A stretch of DNA of 64,000 bases from Isurus oxyrinchus (GCA_026770705.1 JANJGN010000002.1:44268001-44332000); one strand, 5' to 3'; positions 13,360-26,529 are shown, counted from the stretch's first letter. Program-made: numbers and translations. The notes: a model not told the origin generated them from the letters alone.

Positions 13360-13696
13360 CAGGTTTCACAGCATGGTCTCCTCATGGGCTGCAGGTCTAT
13401 CCATACTGCTGGTGAAGTACCCTCAGAGGTGGGAAGAAGCACATAATTGGTCACTTAAGTGGTTCGATTTGGCTCCCGGGTGGCAGCCACTCTGCCGCCT
13501 TTATAACTGATGGGAAATTGGCATCGCAGTGGGAAAACACTCCCCCCACCTGACATCTTTCCACACCATTTTGTCAGCCTTCCCACCTCCCAGCCTGCCA
13601 TCAATGATGTCAAAATTCCAACCTAGGTGTCCATCCCTTTGATGATACATGGCGATGTTCACACTGCAGGGCAAAGGATTCTAATATTATCACTTA

Positions 13697-14440
13697 AGTT
13701 CATGGAATGATACAGCACAGAAGGAAGCTATCCAACCTATTTTGTCTGCACTGGCTCTTTGAAGGAGCTATCCAATAAGTCACAATCACTTCCTTCTTTC
13801 TGCATATCCCAATAATTTTGTCCCTGTACAAATATATATCCAATTCTCTTTTGAAAGTTATTAGTCACCTGCTTCAACCACCCTTTCAGGCTGTGCATTC
13901 CAGGTCATAACAACTCACTGTATAAAACAAATTCTCATCCCCACCCCCCACCCCCCATTTAGTTCTTCTGCCAATTATCTTAAATCTATGTCCTCTGGGT
14001 ACCAACATTCCTGCTCCTCCTGGAAACCGTTCCTTTTTATTCAATCTTTCCAAAACCTCTAATAATTTTGAAGACCTCCATTAAGTCTACCTTCAACTTT
14101 CTCTGCTCTAAGGAGAACAATCCCAGTTTCTGTAAGTTCTTCATCCTGGTTTAGTTTTAGTAAATCTCCTCTGCATCCTCTCCAAAAACTTGTTATCCTT
14201 TGCAAAATGCAGTGCCTAGACCTGGGCACAATACTCCAGTTGAAACCTAACCAATGATTTCTGATATTGCAGCATAACTTCCTTGGTTTTGTACTCTCTG
14301 CCTCTATTTATAAACCTGTCTTTCTTATTAACAGCTTTATCAGTTTGTCCTGCCACCATTGAAGATTTATGCTTGTGAACCCCAAGTTGCACTCTTCCTA
14401 CAGTCTCCATAAACTTGTACCATTTAAAGTATATTAAGAC
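13697..14440 (-). mobile_element. CR1 LINE 3' fragment
   Basis: Minus peptide FINRGREYKTKEVMLQYQKSLVRFQLEYCAQ, typical of the CR1 ORF2 C-terminus, followed by a CR1-type 3' UTR. Confidence 0.85.
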
Positions 14441-16026
14441 ATTATTTACAGTGGCTACCAGCAAGCTTTTAATAGATGAATGGATCCCTATGAGGCCAGA
14501 GTTCCAGGACCTTAACAAAATTCTAATTATTTAATTTGTCTTAGTACACAACTAAAATTAATTTTAATAACCTGTTGTGCGTCTTTTTGAGCTTTTGCAA
14601 TGGTTGAGGTTGACAGATTGGAATGGTTCTATTGTTTCCTCCTGGTTTTGTAGGTAAATAATCCAAGACAATTTTTGTATTTAGCCCTGGCAATAATACT
14701 TTATCTTCTGGAATAAATATCATTTATACAATTTAGCATCAATTAGGTCAACAAAATGGTATCCTTTTCTGAGACAAAGAACACTCTTTGTCCAAAAGTA
14801 TATATACTAACATCTGTTCTTATTTTTTATGGCAGCTACTTTCCTTCCTGATTCCTTTCTTGTTTTTATCAAATTTGCTTACAAAAATGGGTATCACTGA
14901 ACCTCTCCTGCATTAAACATGTCTGTCTACATGGGTTAACGTATTCAGAGACACTCATTTTCAGCTTGGGATTGTTACAGGTGGTCTCTGGTGTGTCTCT
15001 ACAGAGCAACAGATGGAAGACTGAATGCTCACACACAAACAGGCCTGATGTTTTATTAAGCATGTATTCAAAAACTGGGAATCGAAAAATCATCAAGGTT
15101 GGACCTGTAAAACTCAACTATCTAGTTTGGATAGTTGGTTACTGTCGATTGAAGCTGGTTGTGGAAGGAGTTAGAAATACAGAAGACAGCAACAGAAGTT
15201 CTCAAAGATCAGAGTTATTGCATGGCTGGTATAATGAGTAACCCTATCATAAAAGAACCTCGATTAATTTCTTCAGAGTTGAATCAGATGATCGCATCCA
15301 GTACCCAAAAAATAACCTTGGAAATGGCTACTTGCCAGAGGCTAATGGATTAAACAGTCACCTTTCTTAGCACTTGAGAGTCAATGTCATGGCTGATAGG
15401 CTAATACAGATTTCAGTCTGCCACCTTTACTCATCATTAAATACACCAATCTTTATTTACAACCCTGTTCTGCTGCTTTAGGTAATGGAATTGCTGCAGT
15501 GCAAATCAGATGCAAGTGGGAGAAGAAGAGGCACCTACAATAATTAGTGTATTACTTAAGTCTGATTTTACTAGAACATTCAATTACAAAGTACTGAAGG
15601 GTATTATCTTAGTCTTAAGAACGTGACCTTTATTTCAAAAGGTAAATTCATGCTTTGCACACGATCAGTAGCACAGAGCTGAAATAATGAATTTACTAAA
15701 ATTGACTTGGTAATTCAATTCATTCTAGAGATACTCATTTTTGATTGATTCCTAGTATTGAATGTCTCTGTAATGAGGAAAGATGAGAGAGAATTGGGGC
15801 AGGATTTTCCTGCAGGTTCTGGAACCCCAATGTCTGGACTCACTTGCCAGCATTGAGACTGGCTCCTGGACCTCCGAGCTCACCATCCAATTAAAGATGA
15901 TGGGTGAGCTCCCGATGCTGCTGGCCCGATCAGATCCACTGGGAGAGGTGAGGCAGGATGGAAATCGAAAGGGTACCTCCAGGGGTAAGTTTAAACTAAA
16001 ATTTCATATAGGTCCAGTCTGTTTTT

Positions 16027-17530
16027 CCCAAAAATATATTTTATTCATAAAATTTATAAAAGTACATTACATAACAGTTTAAAGTTGACTTTATATAGAG
16101 TACAAATGAGATCAGTATCTTTCAATACAATGTGTGTGAGGGACTCTGAGATGCCTCACTACAATTACAGCTTATATTTACCATAATCATTCTATTTCCA
16201 ACATACAGCTCGAGGAGTTTTACAAAATTTCCAACCCCTCAGTGAACAATGATTAGAGGGTCCAGTGGCCTTCCCCATTGCACTTTTGTAGCAGTTGCCC
16301 CAAGCTGTAGTATGCCCCCAGCACCTAGCCCTGGGAATTGGAATGTGCCTGTTGCTATTCTTTGCACTGGAAGGCCAGCAAGTTTCAGGCAGACCAAAAA
16401 GCTTCTTTTAAAATATTGATAGTCCTCCAGCAGCAGGCGATGTTTATCTCAGTGTGTGTCCCTGGGAACAGCCAATGCAGCACAGAATCACTCTACATAA
16501 CTGAGCTGCTTGCTATGAACCTCGACATGACCCACTACATCTCCTTCCAGACCTGCTTTGAAAAGGTACATTCCAGAAGAAGGTAGCTGACCGACTCTTG
16601 CCCATCACAGCTGCCTCGAGTGCAGCATGTGGAGAAGGTGAGATTCCAGGCATGTAAGAAGGATCTGACCACCAGCCAAGTTACATCTTAGTACCAGTTT
16701 GAAAGTTCTGGCAATGACGCAATCTGCTAAATGACTTTAATAGTCTACTCAGGGAACCATCCAACAGGATCCACCATCTTCTTTTCCTGCAAAGCCTCAA
16801 GGACATTATGTGCTGACCACTGTCTGATGAACTTGTGGGTTAAAGGTGTTTCTCTACATAAACCTTTCCATGAGGGACAGATAGTATGGCATGGTCCAAC
16901 TGAATGGAGCATTCCGCAGCAACATGACAGGACCCATCTTTTGCAGCACCAGAAACAGATAGATCCTCAGCATGTAGTGACACTTGGTGTTTGCATACCA
17001 GGGGTTTATGCACAGCTTGATGTCGCCACACACAATGGTGGCCATCAGGATGAGGATGATGCCGGGTACTTTACTCCCCCTTTGTCTACAGGTTTGTACA
17101 TTATGTCCATGCGGCTATGGTTGATTTTCGATCTCCAGACAAAGCAGAAGCTGGTTCAAGGGATTGCCACGGCAAAGGAGTGGGGTATGGGCCAGGCTCG
17201 TACAACAACACCGAGAGCACCTCACACCTGATGACCAGATTCTTAACCGCAATGGATTTGGAGCATCACTCCTGCAGTCCTAGTTTTTGTTTTACCACAT
17301 TTACAAGCTGCTTCTAGGCTTTTAGTGCATGCCCCAGTCTGTCTGAGCAAAACACCACTACCTTCAGATAATCTGACCTCTCTGTGAAAGGGACAATGGA
17401 TTACTTGGCTCAGTTCTCAAAGCACATGGTCTCACACTTGCCACAATTTATATTGGTTCCTAAGGCCAGTTTGACCTAGTCGTAGATGCTCATCAGTCTG
17501 CACAATGACAGCAGATCTGAGCAGATCCCT
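16027..17530 (-). mobile_element. Degenerate L1/Tx1-clade LINE fragment (duplicate of 10668-12170)
   Basis: Direct paralog within the tandem duplication. Confidence 0.6.
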
Positions 17531-18052
17531 ACATCATGGTTCTAAGATTATATTGCAAGATACTAGAGCAGAGGTGTTAATCAATTAATTTTGAATGGGT
17601 TAGCATATTTACTTAAAAAACCCAAAAAGAGTAATTTACACACAAAATTTTTCCATGTCATTATTGCGAGATGAACAGAAACTTGCAAATTGGAATTGTA
17701 TTAGGTATGCCACGGGCTTTACCACTCCTCACACGTCCAGTTATAGTGCACCCAATTTTCTAGGCCACGCTTTTTCATTAAACAAATAAGATACATGAAA
17801 GAAATTAACTGGCCTTATTCTAATGGAAGGTTCATAGTTTATAATTAATGTTAGAGAATGCATTATAGCATTGAAATGACTGTTTTCTACTGTACTGTTT
17901 ATGGTATAAACTCCTTTCATGGAGACACTGAGGACAGGTGGTGCTGTTGTAGTGGGGATGGCCATTGCTGTCAGGGGTTGGGCTACTCTATGTGCCTTGG
18001 AGTGTCCACAAAGGAGAATTCCCCTATCCCAGAGTCAGCTGGGAAGCCACCA

Positions 18053-18716
18053 GGGGCATAAATTTCCCCCCGTCGGGGAGTGTTGTGCGGGGTGGGTGCA
18101 AACTGTGCTGCAATTTTACGTGGCCGGGCCAATTAAGGCCCGCCGACTGTGATGCGCGGCTGGAAGTGCTGAGTGCTCCCTGTGCGGGCACAGGGGGTTT
18201 TCCCTGATTCGGGGCCTGCGCTCTTTCATGCATGTGCGCAAAAGAGTGCAGAAATCTCCCTGAGGCATAGAGGTGCCTCAGGGAGATTAGTTTAAGGTTT
18301 AAAAATTTAAGTGAAGAAAAGGAAATATTTTAAGACATGTTCCCTCATGTGACAGTGTCACATGAGCATGGAGATGTCAAGGAATTTTTTCAAAAGTTTT
18401 CTAAAATGAATAAACCCTTCGTGAAACTTCATCCCGCCGTGGATGAGGTTTCATGAAAAATGCGAAGGCCGCTGGGCTCTTCATCTGCCCACCAACCTTA
18501 AGGTTGGACGGGCATCATTCTTAACAACTTTAATTACTTTCTTAATGGCCTTTGACAATTCAGCGGGTGCACAGCTGAGCCGGTTGCATGCCCGCCAAAC
18601 TGACAATCTAAATGACCCGTGGTGAATTCGGGACGCACACCCGATGTCACCATGCTTCATTTTACGCGTCGGTGAGCGGGCCCTGCCCCAGCTCGCCGAC
18701 CCAAAAATTCTTCCCC
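18053..18716. mobile_element. Harbinger-type MITE, multi-hairpin family (duplicate of 12696-13359)
   Basis: Same TIRs and hairpins as 12696-13359. Confidence 0.8.
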
Positions 18717-19053
18717 AGGTTTCACAGCATGGTCTCCTCATGGGCTGCAGGTCTATCCATACTGCTGGTGAAGTACCCTCAGAGGTGGGAAGAAGCACAT
18801 AATTGGTCACTTAAGTGGTTCGATTTGGCTCCCGGGTGGCAGCCACTCTGCCGCCTTTATAACTGATGGGAAATTGGCATCGCAGTGGGAAAACACTCCC
18901 CCCACCTGACATCTTTCCACACCATTTTGTCAGCCTTCCCACCTCCCAGCCTGCCATCAATGATGTCAAAATTCCAACCTGGGTGTCCATCCCTTTGATG
19001 ATACATGGCGATGTTCACACTGCAGGGCAAAGGATTCTAATATTATCACTTAA

Positions 19054-19798
19054 GTTCATGGAATGATACAGCACAGAAGGAAGCTATCCAACCTATTTTG
19101 TCTGCACTGGCTCTTTGAAGAAGCTATCCAATAAGTCTCAATCACTTCCTTCTTTCTGCATATCCCAATAATTTTGTCCCTGTACAAATATATATCCAAT
19201 TCTCTTTTGAAAGTTATTAGTCACCTGCTTCAACCACCCTTTCAGGCTGTGCATTCCAGGTCATAACAACTCACTGTATAAAACAAATTCTCATCACCAC
19301 CCCCCACCCCCCATTTAGTTCTTCTGCCAATTATCTTAAATCTATGTCCTCTGGGTACCAACATTCCTGCTCCTCCTGGAAACCGTTCCTTTTTATTCAA
19401 TCTTTCCAAAACCCCTAATAATTTTGAAGACCTCCATTAAGTCTACCTTTAACTTTCTCTGCTCTAAGAAGAACAATCCCAGTTTCTGTAAGTTCTTCAT
19501 CCTGGTTTAGTTTTGGTAAATCTCCTCTGCATCCTCTCCAAAAACTTGTTACCCTTTGCAAAATGCAGTGCCTAGACCTGGGCACAATACTCCAGTTGAA
19601 ACCTAACCAATGATTTCTGATACTGCAGCATAACTTCCTTGGTTTTGTACTCTCTGCCTCTATTTATAAACCTGTCTTTCTTATTAACAGCTTTATCAGT
19701 TTGTCCTGCCACCATTGAAGATTTATGCATGTGAACCCCAAGTTGCACTCTTCCTACAGTCTCCATAAACTTGTACCATTTAAAGTATATTAAGGCAT
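19054..19798 (-). mobile_element. CR1 LINE 3' fragment (duplicate)
   Basis: ORF 19572-19820 ends in EYKTKEVMLQYQKSLVRFQLEYCAQV. Confidence 0.85.
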
Positions 19799-20904
19799 TA
19801 TTTACAGTGGCTACTAACAAGCTTTTAATAGATGAATGGATGCCAGGGCCTTAACAAAATTCTAATTATTTAACTTGTCTTAGTGCACAACTAAAACTTA
19901 TTTTAATAACCTGTTGTGCGTCTTTTTGAGCTTTTGCAATGGTTGAGATTGACAGGTTGGAATGGTTCTATTGTTTCCTACTGGTTTTGTAGGTAAATAA
20001 TCCAAGACAATTTTAGCCCTGGCAATAACACTTTATCTTCCAAAATAAATATCATTTCTACTCTTGTGTGTTGGGATATTTTTCCCCTCAAAGCCTTTAT
20101 AATTGAAATGCACATGGTTCTTAGAAATAGAATTCAAGTGTTAAAACAGATCCTTTTGGAAAATAAGGTAAGAAAGATAACTTCCCTATAGATTTTCAAT
20201 TTTTCTTCTCACAAAATAATTTCAGGAATTACTGAGGCTTTACTAGATGAGGGATTAAGCATGAGCACCCTGTAGATGCACAGTAGGACATCCATCAGAC
20301 TGCAGCTTCCCCAAAGGAAATCTTTCTGTGGTTGCATACAATGTCCCATGGAACAATACGTTAGTAAACCAGCTGCTCTTCTCTTTTGCTGCGACTGAGC
20401 CAAGTATGGGATGTGTATTTCAAACAGAATTTCTGGATCGAGTTAGCAGGTTTGTATGTTACTGTGTTCATGTACTTCATTACAGTTGAGCTTTTTAAAA
20501 TTTGTAATATAGAATGATATAACTAAGAAAAGGCCTTTCAGGTCATCATGCCTGTGCTGGCACTTTGAAAGAGCTACCTAATTAGCCTCACTGCCCTGCT
20601 TTTTCCCCGAAAGGCATGAAGAGTTACAGTTATAAAGATAGACTTGAGAAACCAAAGCTTTTTTAACTAGAGCTGAGAAGATTAAGGGACGATCTGGTAA
20701 TTATGGAACATTATGATATTGTAAATAGTGATGATTGTTTCCATTGGCATTGGCTTTCAAAAGGGAATAAGCACCTGAAGAGAAAAGATTTGCAGGGCTA
20801 TAGGGAAAGGTCAGAGCAGTGAGACTAGCTGAGTTGCTCTTGCCCATAGCTGGAACAGGTTAGACAGACAGAATGGTCTCCTTCTGTGCTGGAACCATTC
20901 TATG

Positions 20905-21944
20905 GGCTGGAATTTAGGCTCTACTGTTGCCAAATGTGAAAGTGGAGGGGCTCATAAAATAAAACAGGTGGCCTTCCCACCGCATTGCCACCCACCCCTG
21001 ATCTGTCTTCTATATTAAGATGTACAGGGAAAGCTACAGGTAGACCACTTGCCCTTAGATCTATTGAGGCCCTTAAGTAGACATTAATTGCCAGTTAAGG
21101 GCCTCATTCCACCTCTACCACTACTTTACGTACGGCGCTTGGCCTAAATAGCCAAGTGGTTATGGTACTGGGTTTGTAACCCCAAGATCAAGAGTTCAAA
21201 TCTCACAATGGCAAACTATGAAACAATGTAACTTCATCTGAAACAGATGGAAACGTGTTTGTACTCGAAAGAGTTACTTTACGTACGGCGCTTGGCCTAA
21301 ATAGCCAAGTGATTATGGTACTAGGTTTGTAACCCCAAGAGCAAGAGTTCAAATCTCACAATGGCAAACTATGAAACAATATAACTTCATCTGAAACAGA
21401 TGGAAACGGGTTTGTACTCGAAAGAGTTACTTTACGTACGGCAGGGAAAGGCGGTAACAAGGCTTTCGCTGCACGGGCTGCTGTCAGGCAGGGAGGGAGG
21501 GGCATACCTCCTTTTAGGGGTCTCCTGTGCCTATCAGAGGCACTCTCCGCTCCCCAAAATCATACCCCACACCTTTAAGCCTCCCCCTCTGGGCTCTCAA
21601 ACCTGACTCCCCACTCCCCTCACTGGGGTCTGCCAGCCAGGCCCATTCAAAATCCCAGACCTACCTAAAGTTTGGACTCCAGCCGTCTTCTTCTTTGGGG
21701 CCTGACTGTAGTCCCAGCAGTGGCCACTGCTCGATCCTGGCATGGATGGGGCTATTCAGATTGGCCGGTAGCTCTCTAGGGCAGGACTTCCTCCAATATG
21801 GGGAACGAAAATCCCACTCTGAAACAGTTAAGGCTGCTTCCAGCATAATATCACTGCAGGGTAGCCGGGTTTTGGGTGGGTGGACCGACAACGGGCTTGT
21901 CGGTCGGTAGGGCAGGGAATACAGCACCCCATAAAATCCAGCCC
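20905..21944. mobile_element. Harbinger-like MITE, interrupted by a SINE dimer
   Basis: TIRs GGGCTGGAATTTA / TAAAATCCAGCCC. Confidence 0.65.
21137..21427 (+). mobile_element. Tandem dimer of a ~138-bp tRNA-derived SINE-like element
   Basis: Units 21137-21274 and 21290-21427; box A TAGCCAAGTGG, TGT anticodon-like loop (GGG TTTGTAA CCC), box B GAGTTCAAATC; 15-bp TACTTTACGTACGGC at 21122, 21275 and 21428. Confidence 0.85.
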
Positions 21945-23325
21945 TGTGATTCTATTCTGTAACATTCTATATTCTATGTCAAATTTTCATCCACTCAGTC
22001 AATGGGCAGAAAATCTTGCCCAGGGGTGTTCGGGTCCAACTGCACTGTGATAATTCATGTTATTAATTTGGGGAATTTAATTGATGGGAATTAACTGAAT
22101 AGGTCCATAATACTAAATTAACAAACTCTTCCAAAATTTCTTATGTTCATTGGGTAAGGGAGTTTGTGGTAGAAAACAGGACACTTTTCAATGTTGTCGT
22201 TCAATTCTAGTTGATAAGACAAATTGCCATTTTCTTTCATTTCAATAAATAAAATGACAAAACCAAGACAAGCATACATGTAAGTAGACTATATTATAGT
22301 ATTAAGTTAATCCTCAGTTACAATTGTACACAATACCTCTGATGTCAAACAATTAGTATGATCTTTCTGATTTGACAACTGTAGCTGTCAAAAGGGTATG
22401 CTGCAATTGCTCAGCAAGAAATCAGCATCTGTCAATAAAATATGTTGGTTTCCTTCTTCTACAATGAAAATTAAGTTGAGCCTTTTTATGGAATGTTTGA
22501 AATATAAATTTCAAGACACTGTACATTATGTTGTGCTTCCAGTGAATTGGTCTATATTTGTTAGCAATAAATCAAGACACTGACACACCTAGAATCCTGA
22601 TTTAATTTAGAGGCACACCTGATTCAAGTTTGCCCTGCCAACAAGAAGAGGCCCAAAGAAGGGATATTTAAAATTATTTTTGTGTGGGGGCCACACAAAA
22701 GGAAGGAAACCAACATATTTTATTGACAGATGCTGATTTCTTGCTGAGCAATTGCAGCATACCCTTTTGACAGCTACAGTTGTCAAATCAGAAAGATCAT
22801 ACTAATTGTTTGACATCAGAGGTATTGTGTACAATTGTAACTGAGGATTAACTTAATACTATAATATAGTCTACTTACATGTATGCTTGTCTTGGTTTTG
22901 TCATTTTATTTATTGAAATGAAAGAAAATGGCAATTTGTCTTATCAACTAGAATTGAACGACAACATTGAAAAGTGTCCTGTTTTCTACCACAAACTCCC
23001 TTACCCAATGAACATAAGAAATTTTGGAAGAGTTTGTTAATTTAGTATTATGGACCTAGTCAGTTAATTCCCATCAATTAAATTCCCCAAATTAATAACA
23101 TGAATTATCACAGTGCAGTTGGACCCGAACACCCCTGGGCAAGATTTTCTGCCCATTGACTGAGTGGATGAAAATTTGACATAGAATATAGAATGTTACA
23201 GAATAGAATCACAGGGCTGGATTTTATGGGGTGCTGTATTCCCTGCCCTACCGACTGACAAGCCCGTTGTCGGTCCACCCACCCAAAACCCGGCTACCCT
23301 GCAGTGATATTATGCTGGAAGCAGC
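21833..23325. repeat. Near-perfect inverted duplication, 624-bp arms, 245-bp spacer
   Basis: 21833-22456 is the reverse complement of 22702-23325; two mismatches found by eye. Confidence 0.95.
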
Positions 23326-23509
23326 AGTTTCGCGGTAATCCATTGTGATAAATTATCTTCCAAAGTCATCATTATATCTTTTTGTTTTTGAATTCAAGGT
23401 CCCACTTCATATAAGACCCAGAAATCCAAATGCTTTTTTTGAGTTTCCAACCTGCAATCCTGCTTTTAAAGAACCGCAATAGCGGTTTGGTTTGGTTCCC
23501 CTAATCATT

Positions 23510-24165
23510 GGCCTAAGTTTTGCAATGGCAACAATGGTGAAACTGTCCATTTGCCATGTTACTCAATTGAAAATGACAGCAACTTCAGAAGTCCATACAT
23601 ACAAATAACACAGAAATCCAGAAGTTGCTGTCGATGCTTCTATGGTCCTCGAGAGGTTGCGCTGCTGAGGTCCTGACCAGACTATAATCAATGGGAAATC
23701 TTTGAACTGATGAGAACTCCCATTCTTATGCTCTTGGTCCTTGCTGTAAAATGTTACACTTTGCTAAATGAGGTGTATCATAATTTTTAATGGCATAGTA
23801 ACTTCACGATTACTGCCAATTACTGGTCCTGAAAAATTAATTTTATATTTATGGAATGTCAAATTTTTCTGTTATGGCAAAGAAAATACCCATATATTTT
23901 AAAATATATTTCAAGTATATTTATATGGGTATTTTAGCTTCTACCTGAATCCAATCATAATCATTTATTTTGCTATCTGAAACTTCTTTGCTTGCTGTCT
24001 GTGACAGTACTTCAATGGGATTGGCTGTTTACCCTACTTGTTGGCAACATCATTGCTGCATGCCTGGCCCTTGACTTGGCATCAGATTTAAACTGTCACC
24101 GGGAAAGGGGAAGTCTGCACAACAGAGATCGCCATTGCTTAGCCACTGATTGTAAAATCTTGGCC
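23510..24165. mobile_element. Old non-autonomous TIR element
   Basis: GGCCTAAGTTTTGCAAT / ATTGTAAAATCTTGGCC imperfect terminal inverted repeat. Confidence 0.45.
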
Positions 24166-26529
24166 AATTGAGAATTTGCTCACATAGGTTGCTTTTCCAT
24201 ACATTTTCCCAAATGCATGATATCACTCTTAGTTTATTTGCATTTGCTGTGTATTTGATTTCTCTTTTAATCTATGTTCTCATTCAGTCTTCTGCATTCT
24301 TTCCTGCAACCTGCCCTGCCCTCTAATTTTGCATCATTGGGAAAATTTGATACCAGGCCTTCCATATCCAAGTTGCTTTTATGAATTGAAAATAAGAGCT
24401 CAATACACAAATTCCTGGATGTATCACTAACTATATGCTGCGAATTGGAGAAACATCCATTTACTCCTATTCTCAGTTTTCTACATGTCAGTCATCCCAA
24501 TTCATTCATGCTGATACTTTGGCTATAATACCATAAGCCTTATCTTCATAGCTGGTCTCAAGATGCAATGTATAGAAACATTTTTAAAGTTTAAATATAT
24601 CACATCCACTGCATTACTTTGGTCCAAATGCTCATTAATTTCCTCTAAGAGTCTGTTTAAATATGACACAAAAAGGCACAATCTGCCCCTTTACAACCCC
24701 ATGCTGGTTCTGACTTCTGCTGAGGAAGGTACAAAATCCTGCCGAATCGTTTTATGATTTAACCTCATGGTGTAGTCACGAAACAAGATACTTCAAAAGC
24801 AGAAGGGGGTAATAAAATCACTTGGCTCCTCACAGAGAATAATGCAAACAGTCGGTACACAGTTTGTTGTTATAGCAAAAGCTTTCAGCTCTGCAGACTG
24901 TCACTGATCAGCAAGCAGTGTCAATGGCATCTGTTCTTAGGGAGATCCTCAAGTACACAGGTGGAAAGCAGCATCTGTCATTAATGCTGTCACTGCTGCT
25001 GTTAAAGACATGGCGTCCAAATGCCAAGTTTCATCAACATCTGGTTTCAATGCATTTGGAGGTACACATGACTGAGGGATGACAGAGAATTGTGATCGAG
25101 GGATTCAGAGGCTTAATGCTAATGCAATGCTCTGTACTCAAGAAAAGAACTTGTGTGAGAACTTGTCTCCAGTACAGGCTTATGACCAGGAGAAAAGGGT
25201 TAGGTGGGTGGCTCTCAAGTCACATCAGTACCTTTTCTGTAGTTGTTTCTGAACAAGGAAAAATCCCTAAAGGTCTGTGATGCCGACACAACCAAAGCAG
25301 AAGCAGAAGCAGAAACAAGCCCCTGTGGACAGAATAACACAAACTATTCCTCCAATGCAAACATCCAGGTCTACCACTTTTTGGAATAAGCTGCCAACTA
25401 TCAATCAAAAGCATCTATCAGGAGGCCTCCACACCTGTTCCTTCCTGTACTGCATCATGCTATCAAGCGCATTAATTCATATACCTCAAGTGGTCAATGC
25501 ATTATCACATCATGTCAACTGCGTTACTCCTTCATTACTATTTTCAAAAGGCACAAAATGCACCTTATACTTTTTAGTCATTGCTTATTTTTAAAATTAA
25601 TGGTTTCCATTATTGAGGAATGGGTTTCTACAGAAGAAAGCAAAGAGGTAATTTTTACCACAGGAACAGGATGGGTGGGTGACAGTGAAAATTACCACGC
25701 CACTGTCATTGCATTCCCAGCAGCCACCATTTTAATTGCAGTTCTTTCTTAATAGGTTGAGAAGCCTGTCAGGGACAAGAGACAGCCTCATGAACACATG
25801 AAAATCGAGATCCTATAATGCTATTAGGACTTTGATGTAATCAGAGTTTCCAACAATGGGTTTCTGCTGACCAAGTTTGGGTACCTAGAGCTCTGTCTGG
25901 CACATATTGCAGCTCCATTATGGAATACTTGCATATTGATGGAACATGGTCCAAGTCAGTTACCAACACTAATAATGATAAACAAGGCTGAGTGCCTGCA
26001 CACAGGCTATTTGAATTCTTCACAGTTGTGTTTGATGTTGCAGCACCATGTCTAGGGATGGATGTTTGTATGCGTTTCTGAACAAAGGCGAGGTCTTCAA
26101 CATGGGTGGAAAATGAACCTAAATAAAAGCCATGGAGTAGTTCATACATGAACTTTCCTTTGCATATGATTACCATCATGATATATTAGCATTACATTTG
26201 CCATAGTAGTAATCAATTTCAATTTCAACTTTATTTTCTCATAAGCCTAACATAAAAGATTTCTTATACTAGCTAGACTTGAAAACCCAACTATCGCCAG
26301 TAATAAGATTAAATTAAATATAGTAAATTAGTGTTTTTCTCTGCGTAGTGTGGTCACAAAATAATTACAGAAAAAGAAGGCATATCTTAATTTATCTTTC
26401 CAGAAAAAATCTAAAATTTCCCCATTTCAACATCCAATTGATTCTGAAAAGATTGCAAAGCTTTCACCTCCCTTACTCTTCCTGAAAGTGGAATCCATAT
26501 TTTGGTTACTCTATGTGTGCAGAAGAGTT

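Larger units (their letters stand above)
9330..14729 (+). repeat. Tandem segmental duplication, copy 1 (~5.4 kb)
   Basis: Colinear with 14736-20061 from GCATCA.TTAGGTCAACAAAATGG to AATAAATATCATTT.TAC; ORF-track entries are paired with a ~5.36-5.41 kb offset. Confidence 0.97.
14736..20061 (+). repeat. Tandem segmental duplication, copy 2
   Basis: See copy 1; carries two small deletions at ~15870 and ~15933 relative to copy 1. Confidence 0.97.

Noticed and set aside
13125-13454. Recurrent peptide ..IKKVIKVVKNDARPTLRLVGR (also 18481, 45620, 53568) as a small protein family
   Set aside because: Translation of the shared MITE core; flanking frames and start codons are not conserved.
21141-21215. 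Functional tRNA-Thr(TGT) gene
   Set aside because: Acceptor and anticodon stems pair poorly, there is no T-run terminator, and a fixed tail plus TSDs indicate a SINE.
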